Of a stretch of DNA of 56,778 nucleotides, positions 1-11,300 are shown piece after piece. The first letter of the stretch is position 1; each line of letters opens with the position of its first letter. The DNA lies in the IMG/VR virus record IMGVR_UViG_3300027976_000010; one strand, written 5' to 3'. A model generated the notes under the pieces. That model did no database searches. It saw only the letters and a program-made list of their open reading frames with translations, and was not told where the DNA came from. Source of the stretch: an uncultured virus (IMG/VR IMGVR_UViG_3300027976_000010). Its lineage: Duplodnaviria; Heunggongvirae; Uroviricota; Caudoviricetes. The position numbers and the translations under genes were made by a program.

Positions 1-331
1 TCGCCGATCGGGGGAGCACAATTGGCTTATTTCTTTTTATGGCCAAATATTTCCTGGTTCCCCCTATTTTGCCAATTTGATTTTCGGATGTTGGGCTACG
101 TCCTCCCCCTTTCGCACTACGTTTTTGGACGGTTCCGGCGGTACCGTACTGCCCAGATTTTGCCGATTGTTTTTTCAGCCATGAGTCGCTCTCCGCGGCT
201 TGCGAAAGTCTCTGTAGGGTATCATGATCGGCGCACGGCATCCACTCACCCTTGTTGCCCTTGTGGACGCCGGAGCACCCCATATACCTGGCGATTTTTA
301 ACGCCTGTCTTTTTTGATTCCCGTCATTCAT
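1..331 (-). CDS. Partial CDS (runs off the left edge) with an N-terminal DUF3721-like Cys/His motif; probable head-module protein
   Basis: Not in the ORF track. My translation from the ATG at 331 (ATGA overlap with the stop of 328..753) is open to position 1: MNDGNQKRQALKIARYMGCSGVHKGNKGEWMPCADHDTL... The A-x3-GC-x-G-x-H...WMPC-x2-H pattern resembles DUF3721. Confidence 0.7.
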   Translation of the reverse strand, partial: MNDGNQKRQALKIARYMGCSGVHKGNKGEWMPCADHDTLQRLSQAAESDSWLKKQSAKSGQYGTAGTVQKRSAKGGGRSPTSENQIGKIGGTRKYLAIKRNKPIVLPRSA

Positions 332-753
332 CGCGGTATCTCTGCGTCGCCGACCCAAATTGTGAATCCTTGAAGTTCCTGTTTTGATGGCTTAATGCCG
401 ATATGGCGCATATAGCTCATCGCCGCCGCCTCTGGGGTGTCGTATAATTTACGGTACGAATTGGCTTCCTCTATATCTATTTCGTATTCGGCGTCTATGG
501 CGGCAAATGAATCATATTCCTTTATCCCGCGTGTGAAAGCAGCCAATTCGCCTAAGAGCAACTCCCTGTAGCGTCGCCCTACACCCAGCGCTCTATAGGA
601 GAATGGCGGATATTTGGCCAGATTGTCATAGGCGTAATAATCTTCCTTAATTTCATTTGTGGCATTGTCGAGTACGGCCGTATCGTCGTCTGATAAAGCC
701 TCTGCGCGGAGCGTTGCTTTTTTGAAAAGTTCAGCAATTGATTGCGTATCCAT
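328..753 (-). CDS. Hypothetical protein, 141 aa
   Basis: Tightly packed in the minus-strand operon; no recognisable motif. Confidence 0.75.
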   Translation of the reverse strand: MDTQSIAELFKKATLRAEALSDDDTAVLDNATNEIKEDYYAYDNLAKYPPFSYRALGVGRRYRELLLGELAAFTRGIKEYDSFAAIDAEYEIDIEEANSYRKLYDTPEAAAMSYMRHIGIKPSKQELQGFTIWVGDAEIPR

Positions 754-762
754 AATCTAAGT

Positions 763-3700
763 CTACCTGCTCTTGTAGATATGCATTGTCTCGCCGTTTG
801 GCATAATAACCCCGAAGGAGTCCATAAATTCCATGGCAGACGCCAAGGAAATGGGCGAATCCAGCACGATTAAGGCCGACCTATTGACCACCATGACGTG
901 GTTGTACATTCCGTATTTGCCTGGGAACATTGAAAGGAATAGCCGTCGTGGATCTTTGTCTATGGAGAAACTATTACCTCCGCCCGACAGATATGCGTCG
1001 TATCCGAGAATTGGGCTCATTGTCACTTCGTCGGTAAGGAAATTGAGATATGTCTGCGCGTTAACGAGGCGACTTATTGCCTGCTGCTGTTCTGATGTCT
1101 CTGCGCCGGAAGCCAACAGCGCATTCCTTTTAATTTCCAGCTGTATATACCATCCGACAATTTCTGCCCGAGTGTTCTTAAACCACTCTAGACCACCGAT
1201 CGGCTCGGAGGCGCTAGGGAAATCATCGCGTGGGTTGTCGTAGACTGAGAATGAAAATTCCGAAGAGTCAGCTAAGTGCATGCCGTCGGACAGAATGGCG
1301 ACCATGACTGCTTTTTGAAGGGCGTGCAAACCATCAAAATCATCCCACTCAACGATCGCCGGCATATTCGGTCGTGCGGTTTCATTCGGATACAGGTTCT
1401 CCCAGGCGGTCCGCCTTCCCGCAGATGGATCCGTCTCATAGCGCTCACTTACACCAGAAGGTTGAACATGTTCGCTTGGGTGGTTGATGGATCTATTAAT
1501 GAATTTATGGATATCCCGAACATGCGTGGCAATCTTTTCTACTTCTTGCGTGGTGCTCAGACGCGATGAACGCGGTATCAATGCCAGGATTGAACCGCGC
1601 GCTTCGTCGCCTGGGTCGTATCCGCCAATTGGGTTTGATGCGGTGGAAAAATTGTCCCCTTCTCCGCCGGCGGATCCCCCTTGGCCGGCAGTAATAAATC
1701 TATCCCCGGAAATATATTCTTGCGCCATTTCGCGTGGCGACCTATCGTCGTTGCCCCTTCTGCTGATTCCGCGGACAATAGGTATGTACATCGGCTGCCC
1801 TTCACTGTCCAGTGTTTTAAGCAATAATTCCATTTCTTCAAGGGTGACCTGTACTGGTAAATCATTAAATCCACTTTGGCCGAGAGTCGCCAGATGCTGA
1901 GCTCGTTGTTGATGGGCGTCTTCCAGTGCGAGTCCGGTACGGTAATCGTGTGAGGCGTCACGGGCTTTTTGTACGGTATCCATAAAATCTATTTGGGAAT
2001 CGTTTAGTTCCGTCGCCACATAGGATTCGCCGGGGTTTAGGACAAGGGGCAGTTGCTCAAAATACCCAAAAGCTCTATTTTTTTCATATAACGCATCAAT
2101 TTCGGCTGGGGTACGATTTATGTAAACTCCATCGGCAGATTTTGGCGGGAATAATATAGCCGGATCGACTCCGCCGACGATTCTCAGCCCTTCGGATTGC
2201 GCCCTAGTCCGGCGAACGGCAAGTTTATTTCTGAGCTTTGCGCTCTCTTCCATTTCGCTCCGTGCGCCACTAATGATTATCGGAAAAACCGAAGGCATAA
2301 CTCGTTCTATAATTGCCTCAACGGTCTCCGCTAGGTCTCCGGCAAGCACGAACTCGCGACGCTGGCGGGAATTATTTTTATTGTCCGGCCTTCTCCACTC
2401 GGTGAGGGAAGCTTCCAGCTTTCTAGTCGCATCGGCGTGCACGCTTTTAAGTTTCGCCCAGGCCTTCATCCAGTCTTGTGGTTGATTGCTGACAAGGGCC
2501 GTGTTTACGGAAGAGATCACCATAGCGACATCGGTGTGGCCAAAATTCCACGAGCTTGTTCGCGTTCTAAGAAATACATCTTGGGTTGAAATATCGGTTC
2601 CCGCCATTTCCGTGCTATTGCGGTAGCTTGAGCGCCGAGAGCTATTAAATGAACTAACGGTGTCGGCTGTTTGCTGTACTCCGTTTATTCTGGGTATTTC
2701 TACGATTTCTATTCCTGGATTTTCGCGTTTAACGCTTTCCGGCAAATCATTCCAGATAGCCCCTCTTGCTTCGGCCCATGTTGAAACGCTGTGACCCTCT
2801 CCGGGCCTTGTTGTGTTTGGAGCGAGTGACAGCTGCACTATGACGGCCTTGCCACCAACAAACCCTTGGTGATTACGAATTTTCGGATACGAGACGATGG
2901 CCCCATTTTTCTTTTTCCGCTGCATCAGGGGCAACGGCTGCATTGTGTTCACTTCCGTATCTATTGTTATCGGCAAGTCTTTATAGTCTTCTTTATACAT
3001 GCCGGAAATCGGGTCTCTGTATAGTTTCGTATTTTCTTCATATATGAACAAGGCGTTTTCTGCAGCGTCAATTGTCCCGTGTTCATTTGTGCTTGTAACT
3101 ACATCGACCCCGACTGGTGCAAGTTCGTTGTTTGGCTCCGGCTGAGTATCAAATACCAATTCGTCATCCACCACGTCGGCGTCCGGAACAAGATTGCCCT
3201 GTGTCGGCGCTGGCCCTGGCGGCAATGCAAGCTGACCGCCAGACCGTACTAGCCGAGGTCGCTGCGGAGGCTTATTCGGTACGGGCGTTTTACGTGATTT
3301 TGGGGATACACGCGCTGGGGCCGTTAAACCGGCATCAGCGATGATCCACTCTCTCATGGCCGGCTTGATTGCGGCCCAATTTTCAGTTTTTAATTTGGAT
3401 GTATTAGATGTTATTGGGTCAAGGAAATCATCAAGGATAACGGCGTTGTGAGCCTGGTTCTGGAGTACGGCGGCTTTTCGGGGCTGGCGTACCGTTAATG
3501 CCTTCATCCATGTGTCAATTGCGTCTTCGTCCAAATTGTCGGCCGGAGACAGCCCCAACCGCGTCCTCCAGCCGTCAGTGAGGCGCTTTTGCGCTTTCGT
3601 AGCTGACGCCTCCAATGATTGTTGCTCGATAGCGGTATATGCTTCCCACCCCTTTAGATTCCGCGCTGTGCGTTGCGACGGAATGATATTGCCGTACAGT

Positions 3701-5208
3701 ACCCGCCGTGGACTATCCTTACTTAGCACTACCTGCCTCATCCGCGCCCGTTGCCCTAATTGGCTATTGACCGCCGGTTCCGGACTTTGGATAGTTGTGT
3801 TCGGCGTAACCGTACGGTTATTTCTGGCCGTTAATCTTTGGGCCAGTCTTTCAAGCCGTAAGGCGGCTCGTTCGCGCATTGTCTCTCGCGGCCCGATATT
3901 ATCTGGGCCGCGGGTTTCCCTGACCCTGGGGCGCACATCGGAAATCCGCAATCTGCCGTCTTGGCGACGCTTACTGATTCTGTCAATTATGTGTGGGCGT
4001 ACTGGAGTTTTGCTTCGCCTTTTTCTACGGAGTTTATTATCATCTAAACTTTGTTCAATCTCATCTAAACTTCGCTCAATCTCGGCGAAACCCTGGTCGA
4101 GTAATAGTTGATCGGTGGTGTTTCTTTCATCGGTTAATACCGTGCCCGGTTCAAGCTCTAATGGCTTGGCGCTATTGTTAATTCTCCGATTCATGCGCGC
4201 CGTGGAAACAGTTACAGGGGATTCATCTGCGAGATTATCTGGTTGGTTCGCTTGATTGTTTCTTGGGGTTACCCGCTCTCCTGTCAGCCGATCAGCAAAC
4301 GCGGCGAGTCTGTTGCCTCGTTTTTTGCGTCGTTCTGACCGATTTGCGGCTGGGCGCTGAGGATTTGGATTATTTAAATCATCGGTATCTTTGGCCAATC
4401 CCGCAATGCGCCTTTCGGTGCGACGCCCCTGTCTTTCAATCCGGTTGGCCGAACGTCTCCCAGCGGCGGCCAGTCCACGCTCGTCCCTTAAAAATCCCCT
4501 GGCCTCAAGTATCCCGCCACGGTCTCCTAGGGTCCGCTTTAGTACGCCGGCATCAGCAAGGGACAGCATTCTTCGGCCTATTCTGCGAGCTGCGCCGGGC
4601 AAACACCCCCGCCCAAATCTATTGGTAAATTGGCCGGCGGTGTATCCACTTTCTGGAGGGCAGCGCCATCTGCCACCACCAGGAAAATTAGGGTCCCACA
4701 TTGCTCGCACGCCCTTTGTGCTAAGTGAAAAAGAAGATGCCGATGAGTCCGAAATGAACGACTTCGCCTTGTAGTGAACGGCGTTCATCTTAAACTGAAC
4801 CTCGATCAGACTTAGGGCGATATCGGTAATTGGCCAATCGGCAACAAGTTCGTATTCTGGCTCGTCGTCCTCAATCAGATTTTCTGGCTCTGGATTATTT
4901 TTGGTTAATAATAGATTCTGTTCGACAAAGTTACTCAGTGCCCCAAACGCGCTATCGCTAAGCAGGCTTTTTAATTTCAAAACTTCATCACTAGATAACG
5001 GGATGACATCGCCAAGGGACAAGTGCATGTCAAGTGATTCGATTATCTCCAGCTTCCTAAAACCCGATTTTCCAGCCCACTTAGCCCAATCTGCACCGTG
5101 TGACATATTGCCGATGTATTTATCTGCGTTGGCGATCGTGGCAATCACCCCATACGCGGAATTATTTGACCCATCTATTACGAGCTGGAACTTATTCATT
5201 TGCGCCAC
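763..5208 (-). CDS. Giant multidomain head-module protein, 1481 aa; shared Cys motif near the N-terminus, ADP-ribosyltransferase-like C-terminal region
   Basis: Long ORF; the likely start is the ATG at 5199, overlapping the upstream stop. Contains RCPPESGYTAGQFTNRFGRGC, an Arg-rich linker, and C-terminal GFNDLP...IVRGI...GGEGDNF...LGYDAY...VVNRSALIV. Confidence 0.85.
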   Translation of the reverse strand: MAQMNKFQLVIDGSNNSAYGVIATIANADKYIGNMSHGADWAKWAGKSGFRKLEIIESLDMHLSLGDVIPLSSDEVLKLKSLLSDSAFGALSNFVEQNLLLTKNNPEPENLIEDDEPEYELVADWPITDIALSLIEVQFKMNAVHYKAKSFISDSSASSFSLSTKGVRAMWDPNFPGGGRWRCPPESGYTAGQFTNRFGRGCLPGAARRIGRRMLSLADAGVLKRTLGDRGGILEARGFLRDERGLAAAGRRSANRIERQGRRTERRIAGLAKDTDDLNNPNPQRPAANRSERRKKRGNRLAAFADRLTGERVTPRNNQANQPDNLADESPVTVSTARMNRRINNSAKPLELEPGTVLTDERNTTDQLLLDQGFAEIERSLDEIEQSLDDNKLRRKRRSKTPVRPHIIDRISKRRQDGRLRISDVRPRVRETRGPDNIGPRETMRERAALRLERLAQRLTARNNRTVTPNTTIQSPEPAVNSQLGQRARMRQVVLSKDSPRRVLYGNIIPSQRTARNLKGWEAYTAIEQQSLEASATKAQKRLTDGWRTRLGLSPADNLDEDAIDTWMKALTVRQPRKAAVLQNQAHNAVILDDFLDPITSNTSKLKTENWAAIKPAMREWIIADAGLTAPARVSPKSRKTPVPNKPPQRPRLVRSGGQLALPPGPAPTQGNLVPDADVVDDELVFDTQPEPNNELAPVGVDVVTSTNEHGTIDAAENALFIYEENTKLYRDPISGMYKEDYKDLPITIDTEVNTMQPLPLMQRKKKNGAIVSYPKIRNHQGFVGGKAVIVQLSLAPNTTRPGEGHSVSTWAEARGAIWNDLPESVKRENPGIEIVEIPRINGVQQTADTVSSFNSSRRSSYRNSTEMAGTDISTQDVFLRTRTSSWNFGHTDVAMVISSVNTALVSNQPQDWMKAWAKLKSVHADATRKLEASLTEWRRPDNKNNSRQRREFVLAGDLAETVEAIIERVMPSVFPIIISGARSEMEESAKLRNKLAVRRTRAQSEGLRIVGGVDPAILFPPKSADGVYINRTPAEIDALYEKNRAFGYFEQLPLVLNPGESYVATELNDSQIDFMDTVQKARDASHDYRTGLALEDAHQQRAQHLATLGQSGFNDLPVQVTLEEMELLLKTLDSEGQPMYIPIVRGISRRGNDDRSPREMAQEYISGDRFITAGQGGSAGGEGDNFSTASNPIGGYDPGDEARGSILALIPRSSRLSTTQEVEKIATHVRDIHKFINRSINHPSEHVQPSGVSERYETDPSAGRRTAWENLYPNETARPNMPAIVEWDDFDGLHALQKAVMVAILSDGMHLADSSEFSFSVYDNPRDDFPSASEPIGGLEWFKNTRAEIVGWYIQLEIKRNALLASGAETSEQQQAISRLVNAQTYLNFLTDEVTMSPILGYDAYLSGGGNSFSIDKDPRRLFLSMFPGKYGMYNHVMVVNRSALIVLDSPISLASAMEFMDSFGVIMPNGETMHIYKSR

Positions 5209-7303
5209 CGATAAAATTCTTAATTGCGCCGACGGACCCTAACAGCCGGCGAACACGCGTTTCGTATAGTTGTTTAAGTATCGTGAGGTGGTTCCGTTCG
5301 GCGTCTGTAAGTTCTCCGTCAATTGTGAGTCTTTGGGCGAAATCTGCGAAATTGAAATTGTTGGCTTTGCTCAGTAGGCGCTCCAGCATTTCAAGCACTA
5401 TCTTCTTCTGTCTTGCGTTGATTTCGGCGAAGTAATAACGATATGTTAATTTATCATTTTCTAAAAGTAATTTATTTATCGGCATGCCGATACGTGCGGT
5501 TTTTTCTTTTATCGATAGTCCGGCGAGTCCTGCGGATATGACCGGAGAACCGAAGCTTCGTACGGCCGCCCCCGTGTCGATCGTGAATATGGATGACGGA
5601 TTACGCATTCTGGTGTCGGTTAAAAGGTCCGCAATAAACAGGGTCGCAATATCCGATGGATTTGCCGATTTCAAACCAGATCCCCTTGCCGAACGGCCAC
5701 CGGAAATCGCATCTTCCGGAAGAGAAACCAAATACGGCCTTCGGGTTCCGGTCCCGGCGAACCAAATGTCTGTTGATGCTAGTCCTAAATGTGCCTGGAC
5801 CTCGGATGAAAACATTGCCCCGAGATGTTCAAATTCCGTGGTCGGCGAAACTTCAAGAATTTTTTGGCGATCGAGACTGTGCTCGGTAATTTTAGAATTT
5901 ATTTTTTTGGAGTCGACAATTGAGCTTTTTGCCAAAGCCGTTGCGCGGATATGTGGCCGGATATTCCCTATTTGCCCACCATTTGAAATTAGATTAAGCG
6001 CTTCGTCAAGACTTTCAACAAACCCCGCCTCGTCTTCAATTTGCGTTTTTCTCACCTTTTTAATTTTAGCGACATTTGTTTTTTTGAAGGCCTCCGCATA
6101 CCAGCGACGCATTTGCTTTGGCGTTTTTGATCCAGGTACATTAACTTCAATTATGTCATTCGCGCCAGATGCATTCACAAATTGCTGTTCATACGCCATG
6201 GCCCCATTCATTTCTGCGGCAATCATTTCAAGACGACCTGCCGGGTTTGAACTAGCTCGCATTGATTCTGCGCTTGCGATGGTTTTCCCGAGTTTGCGAC
6301 TTTCCCCAGGGGATAGGTTTCGTTTTTTGCGCAATGAAATAGATGATCCGTCTGGCAGGACGTAGAGAAGCTGGGTAACTCCGGTATTCGACAGCATTCC
6401 AAGTTCGGAACGACCGATGTCTGACGGGGTGACGGCATTGATAATATATGAGGCCCCCTCCATATCCCGCGAGTCCGGAACGGTGCGTAACACACTTGCG
6501 GAAACAACCGGTGTCAAAACAACGCCATCCCGCCTTACCATTCGTGCCAGTCGACGATTAACGGTAGACATTTCGGCAACGACATTACCGATTGCTTGTT
6601 TGTAAAGAGCGAAATTCATTCGCCCCACTTTTGGTATTAAAATATTCGGGCGCCGTATTGATGACGTTTGACCATTGGGCTTTAAGGCTTGCACCGGTCT
6701 GCCATTTATTGAAATTTCCCGTGGTGAATTATCCGCCGCGATGGTGCCTACATTCAGTAATTGATTGGCGATAGATAGCGCTAACTGGAAAAGCTGTTTG
6801 CCGCATGTGCTGTAATATTTGTCCGTAAACCTGCCCCCAAATTGAAATCCTTCCGGGCACCGAAAGCCGCGTGTCGGCTTAACCTGTCCGGGAAGCGTGC
6901 GTGCAAGTACGTTTGGGGCTCCACCGCGGCCACCCGGGATGGCAAGAGACCATGCCGTTGAGCGTATTGGATTTGCCCTCCCACCAGGAACGATCGGAGC
7001 AACAACTGACTTTAGTTCCTGAGTTGAGGGAAGGTTTATATTGATTATGTCGGCCTTAAAACGCACGCTCTGATCGTAGGCCGATATGTTTTTCCCTGCT
7101 GCCGTCATTTGGGCGCATTTAAATTCAATTGCCTTTTGTTTATCGTTAAGAATCAGAAGGGGCAATAAATAAATGTTTGGTCGAGAAATTGCCATCGCCG
7201 GCATGAGCTTGCGAGTCCGGGATTCCCCGGACTTGATACAGCCAACGCACTCCGCTGCTTCATGTCGTTTACTCAAACTCGAGCTCCCAATTATTGTCAT
7301 CAC
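5192..7303 (-). CDS. Multidomain head-module protein, 703 aa; shared Cys motif, degenerate HipA/PI3K-like C-terminal region
   Basis: Long ORF; a possible TTG start at 7276 has GGGAG upstream. Contains RCPEGFQFGGRFTDKYYSTC and FSSEVQAHLGL...FIADLLTDTRMRNPSSI. Confidence 0.85.
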   Translation of the reverse strand: MMTIIGSSSLSKRHEAAECVGCIKSGESRTRKLMPAMAISRPNIYLLPLLILNDKQKAIEFKCAQMTAAGKNISAYDQSVRFKADIININLPSTQELKSVVAPIVPGGRANPIRSTAWSLAIPGGRGGAPNVLARTLPGQVKPTRGFRCPEGFQFGGRFTDKYYSTCGKQLFQLALSIANQLLNVGTIAADNSPREISINGRPVQALKPNGQTSSIRRPNILIPKVGRMNFALYKQAIGNVVAEMSTVNRRLARMVRRDGVVLTPVVSASVLRTVPDSRDMEGASYIINAVTPSDIGRSELGMLSNTGVTQLLYVLPDGSSISLRKKRNLSPGESRKLGKTIASAESMRASSNPAGRLEMIAAEMNGAMAYEQQFVNASGANDIIEVNVPGSKTPKQMRRWYAEAFKKTNVAKIKKVRKTQIEDEAGFVESLDEALNLISNGGQIGNIRPHIRATALAKSSIVDSKKINSKITEHSLDRQKILEVSPTTEFEHLGAMFSSEVQAHLGLASTDIWFAGTGTRRPYLVSLPEDAISGGRSARGSGLKSANPSDIATLFIADLLTDTRMRNPSSIFTIDTGAAVRSFGSPVISAGLAGLSIKEKTARIGMPINKLLLENDKLTYRYYFAEINARQKKIVLEMLERLLSKANNFNFADFAQRLTIDGELTDAERNHLTILKQLYETRVRRLLGSVGAIKNFIGGANE

Positions 7304-7922
7304 AAACGTAATTTACAAAATCTGGTTCCATTTCAGAAAAATCTTGAAGGACCTTAATGGCGTGGCCCCAGTCGGCTTCGGTCAAAACCGGGACAAATGG
7401 ATCATCCGTCCCTGCAAATCCCGCCTGAGCACTTTTTCGCCCGGAACGGGATGTAATCTTTTTTATCCTGTCGTCAAATTCGCTATCGTTCCAAATTGAA
7501 CCCCGCACCGCTCCCTTCAGTTTCTTGCGACAATTTTTCATCCCTGGGTGATGGCATCCCTCGTTTGGCCATAATCCGGTTGTTTCGTGGTGTAGCCAGG
7601 CACAGATGTTATCCAGTGGATATAGTTCTGGATGGTCGGCCAGTATCACCCGGCATCTACGGAAACCACCCGGCTTCTTCATTATTGGTCGCCAGTACCT
7701 GAGCAATCTCTCTAAATTCCCTCGTCGTGGTCCGTATCCGCGGAGAACATCACCGGTAACGCGTTCCTGGGGAATGGCGTCAATAGCGACCTTGCTCTCG
7801 GTTGAGACATAGTCCCCCATCGCATCAAGGATATCTAGAACTCCGTTGCTGGCTTCGGCGTTCGGCTGTTCATGTATGTTAATGGCCATAAATCCGCCCA
7901 ATGGCCCTTGTTCGCTTGTCAT
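7269..7922 (-). CDS. Conserved phage head-associated protein with a Cys/His domain
   Basis: LERLLRYW...PGGFRRC...NICAWLHHETTGLWP resembles a YW/PGDFxRC/CxxLH/TGxWP domain I recall from actinophage head-maturation proteins. Confidence 0.8.
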   Translation of the reverse strand: MTSEQGPLGGFMAINIHEQPNAEASNGVLDILDAMGDYVSTESKVAIDAIPQERVTGDVLRGYGPRRGNLERLLRYWRPIMKKPGGFRRCRVILADHPELYPLDNICAWLHHETTGLWPNEGCHHPGMKNCRKKLKGAVRGSIWNDSEFDDRIKKITSRSGRKSAQAGFAGTDDPFVPVLTEADWGHAIKVLQDFSEMEPDFVNYVCDDNNWELEFE

Positions 7923-8317
7923 TTCAGATCCTTCGCTGCCTTGTCGGCACCAAGGGCTAAATCGCCATTTTTTAGTGATTCAGATATGTCTATTGGGGAC
8001 CCGAGTGCCGTACGGGTCTTCGCTTCCAATCCGTTAACTTTCTCCATTAAGTCTCGCACAGTCCACGCCTTTACGGCGGGAGTCATTTTTTGGAAATTCT
8101 GGTCACCGATCATCCGCTTAAACAGATCGCCCGCCCACTGCATTTTTGGTGGACTTGGCGAAAAGTTGTCGACAATCCCGGCCATATTGCCGGTGGGGCT
8201 ATATGACACTGGTCCGCCCGGTTGGGCCATATCGGCCAATTCCGAAACGGGCGTTTTGGCAATCCGTTCCAGCAATTCAATAAATTGCTTCTCGGTCTTA
8301 TTTGTATTAATTTCCAC
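7919..8317 (-). CDS. Hypothetical protein, 132 aa, with a PTGNM variant of the GSM motif
   Basis: Overlaps both neighbours in the operon; SPTGNMAG at 8183-8197. Confidence 0.75.
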   Translation of the reverse strand: MEINTNKTEKQFIELLERIAKTPVSELADMAQPGGPVSYSPTGNMAGIVDNFSPSPPKMQWAGDLFKRMIGDQNFQKMTPAVKAWTVRDLMEKVNGLEAKTRTALGSPIDISESLKNGDLALGADKAAKDLK

Positions 8318-11300
8318 TATCTACCATCCCGTCTTCTATTAAATTCCGCGCCCAATCAATCATGCGTTTATATATTTTCTCAATACGCGCTCGCTCTATT
8401 TCGTCAAAATGGTCAAGCGTGCCAGTTGCCGCTAGCACTTGCGCGAGATGCATTTCAGCATAGGCCTCAGAGTTGGATCCTGGATAATTTTCCGGGTTTG
8501 CGATTTGGTCTGGATAAAATGCGGGCCCTGCATACGTAGACAGATACGGGATCAATTTTACGAGTGCCTCTATGTCGTCATCGCCAAGGTTTTTCCAACC
8601 GTTGTTGCCCTGCATGATCAGTCCGTCATTGACACGGCTGAGCATCCGGTGATAATTATCAGGATCTGCCATTTTATTTAACGCGGATATAATATATTTC
8701 CGCTCATTGAACTGACCGTCATCATCAAACCACGCTGATTTTCCGTAAACGTCATTACCAAAATTTTGCATAAATTCAGCAATCGCATTTGGATTAGTGG
8801 TCCGTATGTCGGTCATTTGTCGCCCTATGTTATTCACATCAAATGACTGTTTATTTATCCAATGATATACCGGCACTAGTGCTGTAACTTTTTCATATAG
8901 TTCACGCAGTCTTTCAGCGGCCACATCATATTGGCTTCTCATGACCCTGTCCATGAGGCGCATTTGGTCTAGCGCCGACTCCTGAGATGACACGGATAAA
9001 TTGAAAATTGCCAATAGGTCCATCGGCGTTTGCCCCATAATAGAAGCAAGTCCGCTATTCTCAAACATGGCACTGGTGTCAGCGCCGTTATTTCTGGCGT
9101 CCGTGGCCATTGAATCAAAGAGGGACAACACGGATCCAAACTCATCCAATTGCTGTCTCATTTGTTGGAGGATTCCCGTCATCTCCTTGAATGCGGAGTG
9201 TGACGCTAGCGCGTCATTGACATGCTCAAAAACAAATGTCGACGCTAGGGAATTATACAATGGTTTGGCGAGCGGTGAATCAAGACCGTCCTCAATCGCC
9301 GAAAGTTCAGTGATTGTTCTTCTGAACTCCCCTACGGTATTTAGCCCACGAGAACTGTGTTGATTTGCTGCCAGCGGGGAGCGTCTCCAGTTTCCGACCG
9401 AATCAAGAACGTGTCCGAACTCGTGGGTCGCAATTAAAAATGAAGCCGCCTGGGCTATTTCATCTAGGTCGGCATCCGCCCGTGCGGTTGCGGCGGAAAC
9501 GATCTGTCCCCTCATTGACGGATTTGATTCTGCGGAACGCATAGCATTGTCAAATTTATCCGCAGCATCTTTGATAAGTTGCGTTAGAACAACGGAGCCG
9601 ACATTGTCTATTAGTTGGCCTCCCTCGCTATTATTTTCTAGCAATCTGTACATTTCGTCTATGAAAACGCCGATGTTTCGGTCTCCGATTTGATCAAGCT
9701 GTATTTCAAACGAGTTACCATCTTTCATGTTCTGGAACGATGGGTATTTGCCGTGGCCAGATGTGGTGCTTGGTATTTGAACAATGACGGTTTTCACGCC
9801 ACGCCTCAGTCGCGGCTGAATTGTGGACTCCCATTTGGTTAAATCGCCCGCCCCGGACTCGGAGACGACAGGGGAATTTTCCATATCCGGATACGGTAAC
9901 CCCTCCCTCAGGCCCGGCAGCATCCTGTGAAATTCTGGTCGGAAATTTGACCCATCGGACATTGCTGCCGTTTCGTATGTCGGGCGAACCGATGTTGCGC
10001 CGACTGGTCCGTCAAATGACGGAGCGTCGGGCATGCTTGACGGAGAGAATATTAGACTAATATCCTGAAAGGCTTCAGGGTATTGATCTAGGTGATGCAT
10101 CAATGAATAATACGCTCCGAGCTCGGTTGGGGAAACCACGGTGTCGTTTCCGCTATAGCGACCTCCGAGGGCCGATTTCATGGCGCTCATTGCGGGTATT
10201 AACCAATACGCCGGGACGAGATCTAAATTAATATTTCGCTTGCCGAGACCGTCTTTGGCGGTGGCAAGTTTGTCGAGTACGTCGCCGATAGTTCGCGGCC
10301 TGCCGTTGAATTTTTGATCAATATTGTCTTCAATTCTAAGCATTAAACTTTTATATGCGTCAAGATCTACAAGCCAATCATTGTCGGTGCTTCTGGCAAG
10401 CGGATTGCCGGGGCCGAGTGCCATACTTCCGGTGGGCGCACTGTCATAATTCCGCCGAGAGGCGACTGATGCGAAACTTGGCGTAGTGTTCACGCGTCTT
10501 CCTCGGATTTTAGATGCACCACGCCTGCGCCTATTTTTTCGGTTCTCGTTCAACGCGCCAATATGCACCAATTCTGGCGCACGAGGGCCAACCGGACGTT
10601 CCCATCGCGTGCGATCCTGTCGGATGCCGTCCCCGTCGCCGTCTCGGGCGTTCGGGTCATAGACGATTCCCGAACGCATTCTATTCCCGGTTAGGCCACG
10701 ACCAAGAACCTTACTAGAGACAATATCTGTAACTTTTGTAAAATATAATACTTTCGCATTTGTGTAATTATATGGAGTTGATCCGCCGGCTGTTTGTATT
10801 TTGGTCTGCCTTGTAGTCGGGAGCGCTGATTTATATGTCAATCCGCCCGTTGACAATCCCTCATCCAAACTCGGCATCCTAGCTTTACCAAAAATTGCCT
10901 CTATGACATCAAGAAATTCAGCCATCGATATGCCGTCCGTATTTTCCGGCCCGTTTACGAAATCCCTAATTAATTTCATTCCATTTCCGCCCTGAAATAA
11001 CAGTGCGCCCAACTCCGCTACCATCTCGGTAGTATTACTTTGACCGTAGATGGAACCAAGAAAGTCCATCATAATACCAATATCGTCTTCGCTCACGAGG
11101 TGGCCCGAGGCATTTTGTGTCCCCGTGGATTTATTTGGAGAGTTTATATCCCCAGGCATTGCGTCGGCATAGATTTTTTTCCACCAATCGTGTTCGCCAA
11201 TAATGCCGATTCGCTCCATTGCGTCATTGACTCTCTCAAACATTTCGGCGATTTGTTTTTTGGTTGCACCGCTATCCCTCATTATTTGTTCTGCGCTTCT

